Source: Eledone cirrhosa
Taxonomy: Eukaryota
Assembly (NCBI GenBank): GCA_964016885.1
Contig: OZ024740.1
Location: 366,234,001 to 366,298,000 of the forward strand
Reading direction: 5' to 3'
Length of the DNA stretch: 64,000 nucleotides
Under the pieces are notes generated by a model that did no database searches, was not told the origin of the DNA, and worked only from the letters and a program-made list of their open reading frames with translations. A program made the position numbers and the translations under genes. Below are positions 27,632 through 39,090 of the stretch, in pieces. The stretch's first letter is position 1. Each line of letters begins with the position of its first letter.

Positions 27632-29365
27632 ATATTGATCATACGCCCCATCATTGAGATGTCCCCAGATGTATGTGACAGCACGGAGGACCTCCTCAGC
27701 AGAATCGGCGTGAGTAACCGATCTGGGGACCTAACAAACTGCATAATAGGCAGTATGGATGTTGTGTCCCTGTATCCATCTATTGACGTGGATTTTGCTG
27801 TGGAGAAATGCGTAGAAATGATCAGCGAGAGCAAGGTTGAGTTCCGTGGGATTGATACCAGTGAGCTGGGACTTCTACTTAAGCTTACCCATAGTAATAG
27901 TTACCTAGACACTTATGACCTTAGCAACCTGTGCCCTACAAGACCAGCAAGAGGCAGACCACCTACCATTACCTCAATGGCCAAGAAAACCCACACAGAT
28001 AGATGGAACGGGTGGACCAGAGCCATACGGACACCCGAAAACCACGATGAACTGAAGAAAATGATTGCACATGCGGTAGGGGCCAGCATAAAATTAACCC
28101 TTAAGGAACATATGTTCAAATTTAATGGAAAAAGATATGCCCAAGAGGAAGGAGCAGCCATTGGTGTTAGCATTGCAGGTGACATAGCTAACTTATTCAT
28201 AGTATGGTGGGACAGTAGACTTAAACTTAAACTTAAAGAACAATTAGAAGACAGCTTAACCCTGATAATGTACTGCCGCTACGTAGATGATATAAACATC
28301 GTAGTTAAGACACCCCCACTAGAGAACAGTCAGGAACTAGAGAAAAACACAATGGAAAGCATCCAGCAAATAGCAAACTCCATCCACCAGAGCATTAGAG
28401 TTACTATAGACTACCCAAGTAGACACCCCAACCATCGATTACCTGTACTAGACACAGAGCTCTGGTTAGATACCATTAACAACCAAAAACAAATCCTCCA
28501 TTCCCATTATGCCAAACCCATGACTTCCAAACATCTGATCCACCGAAACTCGGCCATTTCGGACCATACCAAAATCAACATACTGATTGCGGATTTGGTA
28601 TGGGTGATGAGAAATGTGTCCCGCATGTGCAACCCCGAAGAACTAGAGAGACACATACAGCACTTCATCCACCGTATGCAGTTCTCTGGCTACAATCAGA
28701 GAGATAGAATCAGAGTGTATAGAGGAGCCAGAACCAAATGGGAAAAAATGGTAAATAATGACATAAATGGGACCTGCCCCTTGTATAGGAGCAAATTTTG
28801 GAATAGAATAGAAAGAACTAGGAACAAGGCCAATAGAATAAACTCATGGTATGATAGCAATAAATACCAGAGTGTAATGTTCATCAATACAACCCCTAGA
28901 GGCGAACTAGCCTACAAATTTAGAAGGGCCCTAAATAAACATAAACTCAATATTAAGATAGTAGAAAGACCAGGTACCTCCGTAAAAACACTTATTAGCA
29001 AGACATACCCGTTCCAAAGACCCTCATGTATAGATAAGAAATGTATAACCTGTAAAATAAGCCCCCATATTAACTGTAAAACTAGAAATGTAGTGTATAG
29101 CATAAGATGTACTGAAGGACAATGTAGAAACAAAAATATAGTGTACATAGGTGAGACAGCTCGTAGTATAGGGGAATGGATAAATGAACAATGGCGAGAC
29201 CTTCAAGATAATAAAGAATCATCTGTACTCTACCAACATGCTAAGATAGAACACAAGGGTAAATTAGAGAACATAGAAATAAAAATAGAATCCACACACA
29301 GAAAAGATGCAATGTTTAGGCAAATTACAGAGGCAGTAAGCATAAAAGAATTACAACCAAAATGA
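27632..29365 (+). CDS. 5'-truncated PLE polyprotein: reverse transcriptase plus C-terminal GIY-YIG endonuclease
   Basis: SMDVVSLYPSI, QEEGAAIG, YCRYVDDI, LPVLD; Cys linker CIDKKCITC..C; NVVYSIRC..C...YIGETARS. The first 35 aa of the called ORF (27527-27631) come from the inverted arm and are not real. Confidence 0.92.
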   Translation: MLIIRPIIEMSPDVCDSTEDLLSRIGVSNRSGDLTNCIIGSMDVVSLYPSIDVDFAVEKCVEMISESKVEFRGIDTSELGLLLKLTHSNSYLDTYDLSNLCPTRPARGRPPTITSMAKKTHTDRWNGWTRAIRTPENHDELKKMIAHAVGASIKLTLKEHMFKFNGKRYAQEEGAAIGVSIAGDIANLFIVWWDSRLKLKLKEQLEDSLTLIMYCRYVDDINIVVKTPPLENSQELEKNTMESIQQIANSIHQSIRVTIDYPSRHPNHRLPVLDTELWLDTINNQKQILHSHYAKPMTSKHLIHRNSAISDHTKINILIADLVWVMRNVSRMCNPEELERHIQHFIHRMQFSGYNQRDRIRVYRGARTKWEKMVNNDINGTCPLYRSKFWNRIERTRNKANRINSWYDSNKYQSVMFINTTPRGELAYKFRRALNKHKLNIKIVERPGTSVKTLISKTYPFQRPSCIDKKCITCKISPHINCKTRNVVYSIRCTEGQCRNKNIVYIGETARSIGEWINEQWRDLQDNKESSVLYQHAKIEHKGKLENIEIKIESTHRKDAMFRQITEAVSIKELQPK

Positions 29366-29614
29366 AATAGAAAATATGAGTGGAACAGCAACATCACAAC
29401 TTACGATTAAGGACAAAATGAAAACACACACACACATAGAACAAACAACCAACCAACAACATGTAAATAAATAAACAAATAGATAAATGAACACAAACAC
29501 ACACAAACACCCGGATGTGGCGCATGCGCAAACTGAGCACACAACACACACACAGAAACAAAATGGCGTAGGACAGAAGAAAGGAAAGGCACAGAAACAA
29601 AGAAAGGAATCCCC

Positions 29615-29659
29615 AGTCACTGAAGAGGTCACAGAGTGTGTGACGAAAGGACTATGACT
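29615..29659 (+). ncRNA. type I minimal hammerhead motif (right arm)
   Basis: aguca-CUGAAGA-g-gucaca[gagug]ugugac-GAAA-ggac-UA-ugacu. Confidence 0.8.
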
Positions 29660-29817
29660 ATATATAAACAACTATCTGGTTGTGGAACCAACCAACCAAC
29701 CAGAAATTTATAAGTTTGTAGATTTGTAAATTTATAAATTTATAAATATATAATAAATTGAAGTGAAAGCAACTGGTGCGTGTGTTTCTTATTGGCAACA
29801 TGACCTTCCCAAAGTAT

Positions 29818-29894
<77 letters not shown>

Positions 29895-30522
29895 GAGTCT
29901 AACCCATGCTAGCATGGTAAAACGGTGATGATGATGATGATGATGATGCCTAAACATGCAAACATACATGTATGTTCTCATTCACCCACTCAATCATATT
30001 TATAATAAGAAATATTTGAAAGAAAGTGTAGATTTTTTTTCTTCTGCTGACTGATACAGTTGATAACTATTGGTTCTAAAGATATGACATAATATATTAA
30101 GCAAAGCTAAAGAGGAAAAAACAAAAACAAATGGCAGACAGTATGTAAGTAAATTACAATAAAGAGAAAGGATGAGAAAAAATTAGTAATCAAAAAATGT
30201 CTTTTCTTATTATAAATTAGAAGAAAACAAACAATGAAATACAAACTGACAAGCAGACAAATTGTTATATTTTTCAGCAAAGGTTCAACCAAGGAAGGGC
30301 TGGACAGGTTGGATAAAAAAACAAACTTATTTTAGTCTAGAAGTATTTGTTCTGGCTCTTTGTTCTTAGTTCAAATCATACTTAGATCAACTTTACCTTT
30401 CACCCTTCTGTGCCCAATAAAATATAGTACCAGTCAAGTTTGAGGATGATATAATCAGCTCCCAACCACACTGAAAATTGCTGGTCTTGTGTCAAAATGG
30501 GAGCCATTATTTATATTTTTAT

Positions 30523-30713
30523 TTATGAGGGCGGTGGATTGGCAGTATCGGTAGAGAGTCGGACACCATGCTTTCCAGCATAGTTACGTCCCTTTACGGT
30601 CTGAGTTCAAATCCTGCCGAGGTTTACTTTGCCTTTCATCCTTACGGGGTCGATAAAATAAAGTACCAGTAATACACTGGGTAATTGCTGGCCTTGTGCC
30701 TAAAGTAGAAACA
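30523..30713 (+). mobile_element. full-length family-1 SINE with 17-bp TSD
   Basis: Flanked by attatttatatttttat at 30506-30522 and 30714-30730. Confidence 0.93.
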
Positions 30714-31199
30714 ATTATTTATATTTTTATCATGTTTTAGTGTCATATACATACAGTTGAAGTTGCTATTTGACAGAGTGTGCCTGTATTGTTTGTTTTA
30801 ACTCACTGCACTCTGAATTCAAATTCCAATGAAATCACTTCTGGAGGATCTCTCTTCTGTGAGGGAAGGAGGAGGAGGTATCCTTAATCTGAAGACCTGG
30901 TATGAATGCTTCCATCTGAGTAGAGTCTGCTAAAAACACCCAAAGAGCCAGGTAGTGCTATGGAGTATGAAGTCTCATTCTAGTAGATTACACTGGGATT
31001 TGAACTTAGAACACAAACATCTCATTTAAATATTGCAAAGCACCATATCCTATACTCTAGAACGTCTGCATTTTAGATTGGTATTTTATTTTATCAACCT
31101 CAAAAGAATGAAATGCAAAAGGAGACCTCGGCAGAATTTGAACTTAGAGCACAAGAACTGAAATAAATAACAAGGCATTTTGTCTGATGTTCTAACAAC

Positions 31200-31650
31200 C
31201 CTATCAATTTGTTGTCATAAATGGACTGACTAGTTTTTCTTCAAAGTCCCATTGCATTTTTCTGTTCCTCTGGAATCAGTAGAGGAATTGTTTGAATTAT
31301 TTTTTTGTCACTGAAGTTCATGATATCCGATATTATGGACACTGGATCCAAAATTGGGGATTCCCTAACATCCTGATCATTTCCAGTTTTAGCAAGTGGT
31401 TAACTAATTTTGTATGATGCAACAAGTTTCTTTTCTAATTTCTATGACATTTAAGTAAAAAAATTATTTCAGTGTTGTCTTTCTCTTGGAATTATCTGGT
31501 GGAAGGTTCTTTTTTTTTTATTTTTTTATTTTTTTTATAGAAAATCTCTAGCTTATCTTTCTTCTCTAGATGCAGAAGTATCTAAATGATTAAAAAAATA
31601 CACTTGACCTCTTGCTTTCATTAGATAATATAGTCAACCATATCAAACAC
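31200..31650 (-). pseudogene. hAT (Charlie/Buster-like) transposase fragment
   Basis: Minus strand LVASYKIS*PLAKTG...ESPIL...KIIQTIPL resembles the ASY.IS..IAK.GK...GE.LI...IPLS motif. Confidence 0.55.
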
Positions 31651-33884
31651 ATATGCAGAGACATGGTTCATGAAAATGTAATGAGCCCATACAAAGTGTT
31701 ACTCTGAATAACATTCTTACCCAGGTACACAGAGATAAAATTATTTCTAAAAATAATTAAAATTGTATTAAGGCATTTCTACCTGGAAAATAATGAACAT
31801 ATACTGGGTAGAATCAACAAAATACACCTCTTTAGTAAAGTATTCAAAATAAGATAAATGGTTATTTCCATCCAAAAAGGAGTAAAAAAATCTTGAAGCT
31901 GAAGGAGAAGCTAAAAATATGACTATCTCTAAAATTCTGTGAGAAATTCAAAAGTCCATCATTATTATATCATCGTCATCATCATCACGATCATCATCAT
32001 CATGATCATGATGATGATCATCATCATCACCCTCATCATCACCGTCATCCTCTAATGCTCTTTCTTTTCCATACTACCATAGGTTGGATGGCTCATCACA
32101 AACCAATCAGATGGGATCCAGAGCCATGCCTTGCTTACACATGTTCCCACACCTTACAGAGTGTACTGGGTTACATTTTATTGTGACACTAACACTAAAG
32201 AGGTTGTCATGCCATTGACACAACTGATGATGATGATAATGATGATGAAGAGTCATCTCAACCCTATGTTTTTCAGGTTTTTTTAATGGCTGGCTCCTCT
32301 TCCTAACACTGACTTTATAGAGAATACTGTGTTTTACAATAACATCAACACTAGAGAGGTTGTTGTGCCCTAGGCACACGTGGAAAGTCCTCACAACCAT
32401 TTGCTTGGTAAGTTTTCTACAGCTGGATGCCCTCCCTATTACCAGCCACACAGTGTACCAGGTGCATTTTTCATGGAATCAGTACTAAAGAGCTTGTCAT
32501 ATGAGTAACATGACTGAAGATTCCTCTCAACCATTTTGGTATAGTTTCTATGGTGGGGTGCTTTTCCAACACTTTACAGAGTATACTGGGTGCCTTTTAT
32601 CATGGCACCAGCCCCAATCGATTAGAGAGCCCTATCTACCCTATGAGCTTAGTCTCAAAAGAGCATTTGTAGGGAGTGAGGACAAGGATAGAATGCTGTC
32701 AAGTATGTAGTCAAAGGTATGACAATAGGTGGGGCTGTTAAGGAAGATTGACAAGTATGATGTCAAGTAGCATTTTAACTAAAAGAAGACGGCTTTATAG
32801 AAATCAAAGGTTTAGTATATAATTTTCAAATTCATTTAAAGTTTTAGAATGTCCCTAAAAGTCTCAATAATAAAAAAAAACAGTAACATACAGCAGACAA
32901 GAGAATAAAGTATATAATTTAATTATGCTGCAAGAAAGGAACAGTAGAGAATTGAATGTTTCAGACATTAGACCTTCATCAAAATAAAAAGACAAAAAGG
33001 AATAAATGAAGGAAAGGAGACGAGTTATTTGAAAACCAGTGTTAATATTTCAAAGTATGCATAGTGAGTGAGGAAATGGTAGCATATATAATTATATACT
33101 ATCAAATGAGTGATATCAAGGAGAGATAAATAGGAGAACAAAGATAGGTTGTCAGTCCTAAGTGTGAGGGTAAAAGTGTGTATGTATGTGTGAAATTATC
33201 AATGTGTTTGTTTATTAAAGGGGAAGTTAGTGACAATGCAAGAAGGCAGTGCAATAATTACTCCCAGCTGGGTAGTGTTGTGTTAAGACAGGAAGTTTGT
33301 TATTGTTCACGCTTCAAATGAAAAGAGATTAGTACTGTACACTATCCAATATTTTGAATTCTTTGTTCCTTCCTAATTGTGTAATTATATACTTCATATT
33401 CTTGGTCATTGTTGTTTTGGGTTGTTCTCAAGACTTTTTAGAGATTCCTTTACCAGCATGTTAATGCTAAATTTTGGATTATCATCGGATTTGTATTTTA
33501 AGTTTTATGATGTATTTTTCTATATTCAAATAAATACTTGCTTACTGTTAAATAGTGTAGGATCTGTTGGGTAACCAATGAGAACTTGACAGGCTTTCAG
33601 GTTAGAACCAAATTTTTCCTCCAATATTAACAGTAGCCTAAATATAAAAATGTTGCTCGAATATTTTATCAGTTCATTTGTTAGGGCCTCATAAACCCGT
33701 TGTATTTCCTTTCTCAGACATGCCCTCTTCAAATGCATGACTACTCCCACTCATTTTCACAATCATTTGTCTGTGGTCTTCTTCAAATGTGCCAACCACA
33801 CATACATGTGTGTATATGTGTATGGCAAGGGGTACACACAGTCTCAGTTGAGAGTAATTTAGGGATACATCACTGTTATAATTA

Positions 33885-34280
33885 CAACCATTATTACCAC
33901 TGCTGCCTCTAACACCATTACCACCACCACCACCACCAACAACAACAACAACTTTGTCATTGCTTCCACCACTGTCACCACCAACAATAACAACAATTTC
34001 CACTAACATCGCCTACCATTTCCACTAATACTAGCCTCAAACACCACTATCACTATCACCACAATTAACATTACAACCACCAGCCGCCTCATTGCCAAAA
34101 CCACATAACACTACCACCTCAATCACTTATATCATCACCACCACCATCTCTATCACCACCACCCTCATCTCTATCACCACCACCCTCATCTCTACCACCA
34201 CTACCACCATAACCACCACCACCAACACCACTACCACCATTACACTACCACTACCAACAGCAACACCAACAACACCAATG
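33885..34280. repeat. degenerate (ACC/AAC)n low-complexity tract
   Basis: Direct inspection. Confidence 0.9.
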
Positions 34281-34677
34281 TGCTGTTGCTACTCAATAGT
34301 CACTTCTAAATATGGTACACTAATATAAAGAACATAGCCTCAAAATAACAAAAGACAACAACTACAACAAAACAAGTAGTTAATAAAACATCTGAGCCAT
34401 TAATTACATTATAAATACATCCCTAGCAATTAAAAAGACATCTAGCTTTATTGATTCCTTGTTATTATGTAATTACATATGAAACTTTTCCCTCAGCTCT
34501 GGCTCTGCTTTCTTCCACTCTTAAATCTATTCTTCTCTAGTGATGACGTCATTATATCATTTGTTTGTTTGTTTCTTTCTTTATTTGTTGAGTATCACTT
34601 GTCATTATTTGCTTGTTTTTATGGTTGTTGTTATGTTTGTTATGTTCGCCGCCGTCCATGTAACAAAACCAATAGTT

Positions 34678-35316
34678 TGGAAGATAGACATTAAACGATG
34701 ATGATGATGATGATATATATATATATATATATATATACATTTATGTGTTTTCATACATACATACACTCACTAGACCACTAATTAAAAGAGGTTGGATAAT
34801 GTCCAGAAACTGTTAAAATCCTGATTCAAATGTTTACAATAGAATAGACTCTACAGAAAGCACCTCAAGTGATGGTGTTAATCAACCAAGTGATGATTAA
34901 GTCTACCATACAATAGGAACTGTAGATTCCTTGCCAGATTCCACGATTTCTATCTACCAAATTCCAATAGTTTTGTTCATGGAAAGAGCTGAATCTGTGG
35001 CACACACTTTATCTATGCTACTGGAATAGGAATTTGGTAGATAGAAATCGTGGAAGTCTGGCAAGGAATCTACAGTTCCTATTGTATGGTAGACTTAATC
35101 GTCACTTGGTTGATTAACACCATCACTTGAGGTGCTTTCTGTAGAGTCTATTCTATTGTAAACATTTGAATCAGGATTTTAACAGTTTCTGGACATTATC
35201 CAACCTCTTTTGATTAGTGGTCTAGTGAGTGTATGTATGTATGAAAACACATAAATGTATATATATATATATATATATCAACATCATCATCATCATCATT
35301 TAACGTCTATCTTCCA
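34678..35316. repeat. inverted duplication (arms about 34678-34965 and 35029-35316, 63 bp spacer)
   Basis: tggaagatagac...ctaccaaattcc is mirrored by ggaatttggtag...gtctatcttcca with a handful of mismatches. Confidence 0.95.
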
Positions 35317-35329
35317 CGCTAGCATGGGT

Positions 35330-35375
<46 letters not shown>

Positions 35376-35410
35376 CATATGTGTGTGTGTGTATGTATAT
35401 ATATATATAT

Positions 35411-35458
<48 letters not shown>

Positions 35459-35459
35459 T

Positions 35460-35667
35460 TTGAAGACTAAAATCCAAAGAGGGCTCGATAAGGATAAATA
35501 TATATCAAATATATAAGAACCGTAGATTAAATATTTATTAAAACAACAGATTAAAGTTTAAGCAAAGAATTGCTGCTTTCACCCTTAACGGGATCTTCAG
35601 AAGATCCCGTTAAGGGTGAAAGCAGCGATTCTTTGCTTAAACTTTAATCTCTTATTTTAATAAATAT
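35460..35667. mobile_element. miniature palindromic PLE footprint inverted inside a hammerhead core
   Basis: Arms 35531-35598 / 35600-35667 with a 1-nt spacer; minus strand reads CUGAAGA-uccc[guuaa]gggu-GAAA; left extension of about 70 bp to (AAT)n; right end at (TA)n. Confidence 0.8.
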
Positions 35668-38479
35668 ATATATATATATATATATATACAAATATATATG
35701 TATATGTGTGTGCCACTTGCAGTAGCTTTGAGCTTGCTGGCCTCCCTTTTTCCACCATCTTAGCTTAAATACATGTCATAGTTTAAGTTACTTGAAATTG
35801 ATTCTTCAACTGTGAGTAGTGTCTCAACATTAAAACCACCTTTATTTCAATACAGCCTATACAACAAACATAAATTGAAACTCTCATAAAAGTATTACCT
35901 AGGGCAGACCACCCACACTCTATCATTCAACTCTTGTTATGTTTCTGTCTTCAACTAAACCATAGCATAAAAATAAAAAAAATAAAATATATTCATGACA
36001 TCACTGTTGCTCTTTAGAAAGGCAGGAATGTTATGTTCGACCTGATAACTTATGTAGGAGACTGGAAATAGGTACCTTGTGTTTGATGGTCTGTTTTGTT
36101 GCTGAGTTATTTGTTGGGTTTAATGTTGCTGTTATTGTTCCTTAGCCCTAAGTCAGCCATGATCAAACAAATCCATGGTCAAATGGTCATCATCATTGTT
36201 TAATATCAGTTTTTCCATGTTGGTATAGGCTGATCAGATCGTTATAGAACAAGTCATCACTTAATTTGAAGTACTATTCTCAAAGATAGGTTGTAGTAGT
36301 ATTGATGGTAGTGGTGGGTGAGGTACATCTCATATTCTGGTTTCGGCAAGTTTTCTGTGACTGGATGCCCTTCCTAATGTTAAACACTTTACAGTATGTT
36401 ATGGGTGCATTTTTCAAAGCAGCAACACTAGAGAGGAAACTGAGACAGTGATGTGATTGAAGATGTGTTTGGCTTACTGATTAGGGTGTTTGGCTCACGA
36501 TTGAAAAGTTATGAGCATGATTCCCAGACAGGACAGCATGTTGTGTGAACAAGACACTATTTTTTCATATTGCTCCAATTAACTCAACTGGTAAAAATGA
36601 GTTCTACCTTTAATTCAAGGAGCCAGCCTCCTTGTTACATATTGTGCCATGCTGAATCTCCATGATAACTATATCAAGGGTAAGAGTGCATGTATCTGTG
36701 GAATGCTCAGCCACTTAGATGTTAATTTAATGAATAGGCAGTTCTGTTGATTGACTGAAATGGGGCACTCATCAGAAACGATGGAGGTCCAACAACAATA
36801 CCCTTCTCCCCAACACATAAAATTTTGATATTCAAATTCACATGAACTTTTATTTTTATTTGCTGACCAACACTTGAACTCATATGACATCCACTCAAGA
36901 CATGAGTTAGTTAAGGAGTGTTGTATATCTATTCACCATGTTGTATCATCATTTGTTATTGTCAATATTTTCATTCCATCATTGGCAATTGAAGAATCCT
37001 GTGATCATTGCACTCAAAGTTTCAAAAATAATGGCTTTAATTGGCTGAATTAAATCATTGATATTTTATTTCTAATAATGAGTACTTTTCTTCCATTTAT
37101 ATTGAAATTAAATTAAACATATTTAAATTAAGTTAAATATTGTTTGTCTGTCACAAAGTACAGTTGCATCACTGGCCACAGGATATGGACTGCTGTCTCT
37201 TTGTCAATCTGAAAGACTTCTTTATGATATTCTATATTGTGTCTCCCTTTTCCTTTTCATCAAATACTGTGATAATTGGTATAGGTGTGATTCAATAAGT
37301 TAACCAATGGAGAGTGTGTATGGATGAGATACAAACAGAAAGTGAAAGCAGAGATTGGATATAAAACATTTGAATGGCTTGGAGTAAATCAGATAATAAT
37401 GTCCTTTCTTCCATTAGGTTCAAACTTGTGTAATCACAGAACTGATACGAAAAATGGTGTGAGAAGACGTGACATGACAACTTTTCTGAAAAGACGACAT
37501 TACTATATCTTATACACAGATGGACATCTCTCATTAATCAAATCTGCATCTGCATCCAGCTTTACTAACCAGCTCTTTCTGCACATTTTAGATGTTAACC
37601 TTATTGCTTCACTAACATGCTTCCATGGTAACAGAAAATACTAGATTTATTGTTATACTATGTACTGGAGAGGACAGTAAATTGACAGAGTTGTTAGAAT
37701 GTTTTGCAGTATTTGTCCTGGCTCTCTGCACTCAGTTCAAATCCCTTCAAGGTCAACTTCACCTTTCATGCTTTCAAGATCAATAGAAATAATACCAGTC
37801 TTGTACTGGAGTCAATTCTTCCTCTATATCTCTTTTTCACTTCTTCTATATCACTCTGTCTCTCTCCTTTTCTGGTAGCAATTGGCTGTGTTCAGACCTG
37901 GAGTGAGATAGGCTCAACCAGGCTTAAAATGCCCAAGAAATGCTGTATGTCACTACAACACCCCTATGACCAACTCTGTCAAGAGCTATGGGTCCTTACT
38001 TACACATGTACTGGTGAATGATGAATGGCAGAACTAGTGTTATTCAATTATGCATCTCTATGTTCAAATTCCATTTAGGTTGATATTATTTTACACTATT
38101 CCAGGATTGATAAAATAAGTACCAGTCAAAGACTGGGGCTGGTTGGCCATATGCTTAAGCCAAAAACATTATATTTTATATTTAATCATTATATTTTATA
38201 TCTATTTTCATTACCCCACTTGCTGCTGTCATCTTAGTTCAACCTAGAACATCAACAAATAATACTTCTGCCAAGCTAAGTGAGAGTGAAGATACTTGAA
38301 TTACATATGTATATTTAATTTTTATTCCAAAAATATATTGAAAAGATAACTGTGTTCTAATTTTAATATCAACATTTTCAACATATTTGTATGAGTTCCA
38401 TGCAGTTTGTTTGGGATAGAAAAGTTCTAAAATTCACTATCAATATTCTTAGAACTTTATATCATCATCATCGTTGTTT

Positions 38480-39090
38480 AACATCCATTTTTAAAAGGCC
38501 TGAGAGTAAACTTAGACAAAACTAAAGTGAAGTGAGTAGGGTAGAAGATAGGGCCCTGATTCCTTCAGGGAAGTGACCCTGCTCAATATGTAGAAGAGAG
38601 TAGGCATAAACTCCATGCAATGTACACAATGTAAATTTGGGGTACACAAGGGATGTAGTGGGATAACAGGTAGACTAACAGGAAGGGAATACATTGTTTG
38701 TAGAACTATGCACATGGGTAACCGAGGGGAAGAGAGCCAGTGACGTAAACATATCCCAGTCACAGGAAAGTCCTATAGATGTGGTTGATAGCTTCTGCTA
38801 TCTAAGTGATGTAATTAGCAATGGAAGAGGGTGCTCTGAGAGCATAATAGCTAGAATAAGGATAGGATGCATAAAATTCAGAAAGCTACTGCCATTGTTG
38901 ACCACAGAGGTTACTCCCTACATACAAAAGGACAACTGTATGATACCTGTGTGCAAAGTGCAATGCTGTGGTAGTGAAACATTGGCTGTGACTGCTGAGG
39001 ACATATGTAGACTGGAGAGAAATGAAGCAACCATGCTCCATTGGATTATGCAATGTAAATGTGAGAGAAAGTCAGAGCTTGGATAATTAT
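38480..39090 (+). pseudogene. RTE-like LINE fragment (RT C-terminal region with Cys insert)
   Basis: NSMQCTQCK..VHKGCSGITGRL; DVVDSFCYLSDVIS..RGCSESIIARIRIG..KFRKLLPLL; GSETLA..RLERNE. Confidence 0.8.

Larger units (their letters stand above)
26868..29825. mobile_element. Penelope-like retroelement insertion, head-to-head inverted structure (- copy 26868-27631; + copy 27632-29825)
   Basis: 26924-27631 is the reverse complement of about 29118-29825 (about 3 differences seen); both outer ends abut (TA)n; left arm has about 56 bp extra. Confidence 0.95.

Noticed and set aside
26868-29825. DNA transposon with long TIRs encoding an RT
   Set aside because: The arms are simply the 3' end of the PLE (part of the ORF plus UTR) and are unequal in length; this fits PLE inversion, not TIRs.
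32830-33690. Possible decayed PLE on the - strand with a hammerhead-like uUGAUGA...GAAAC at about 32950-32985
   Set aside because: The core is mutated, stems are weak and no clear protein motif was recovered.
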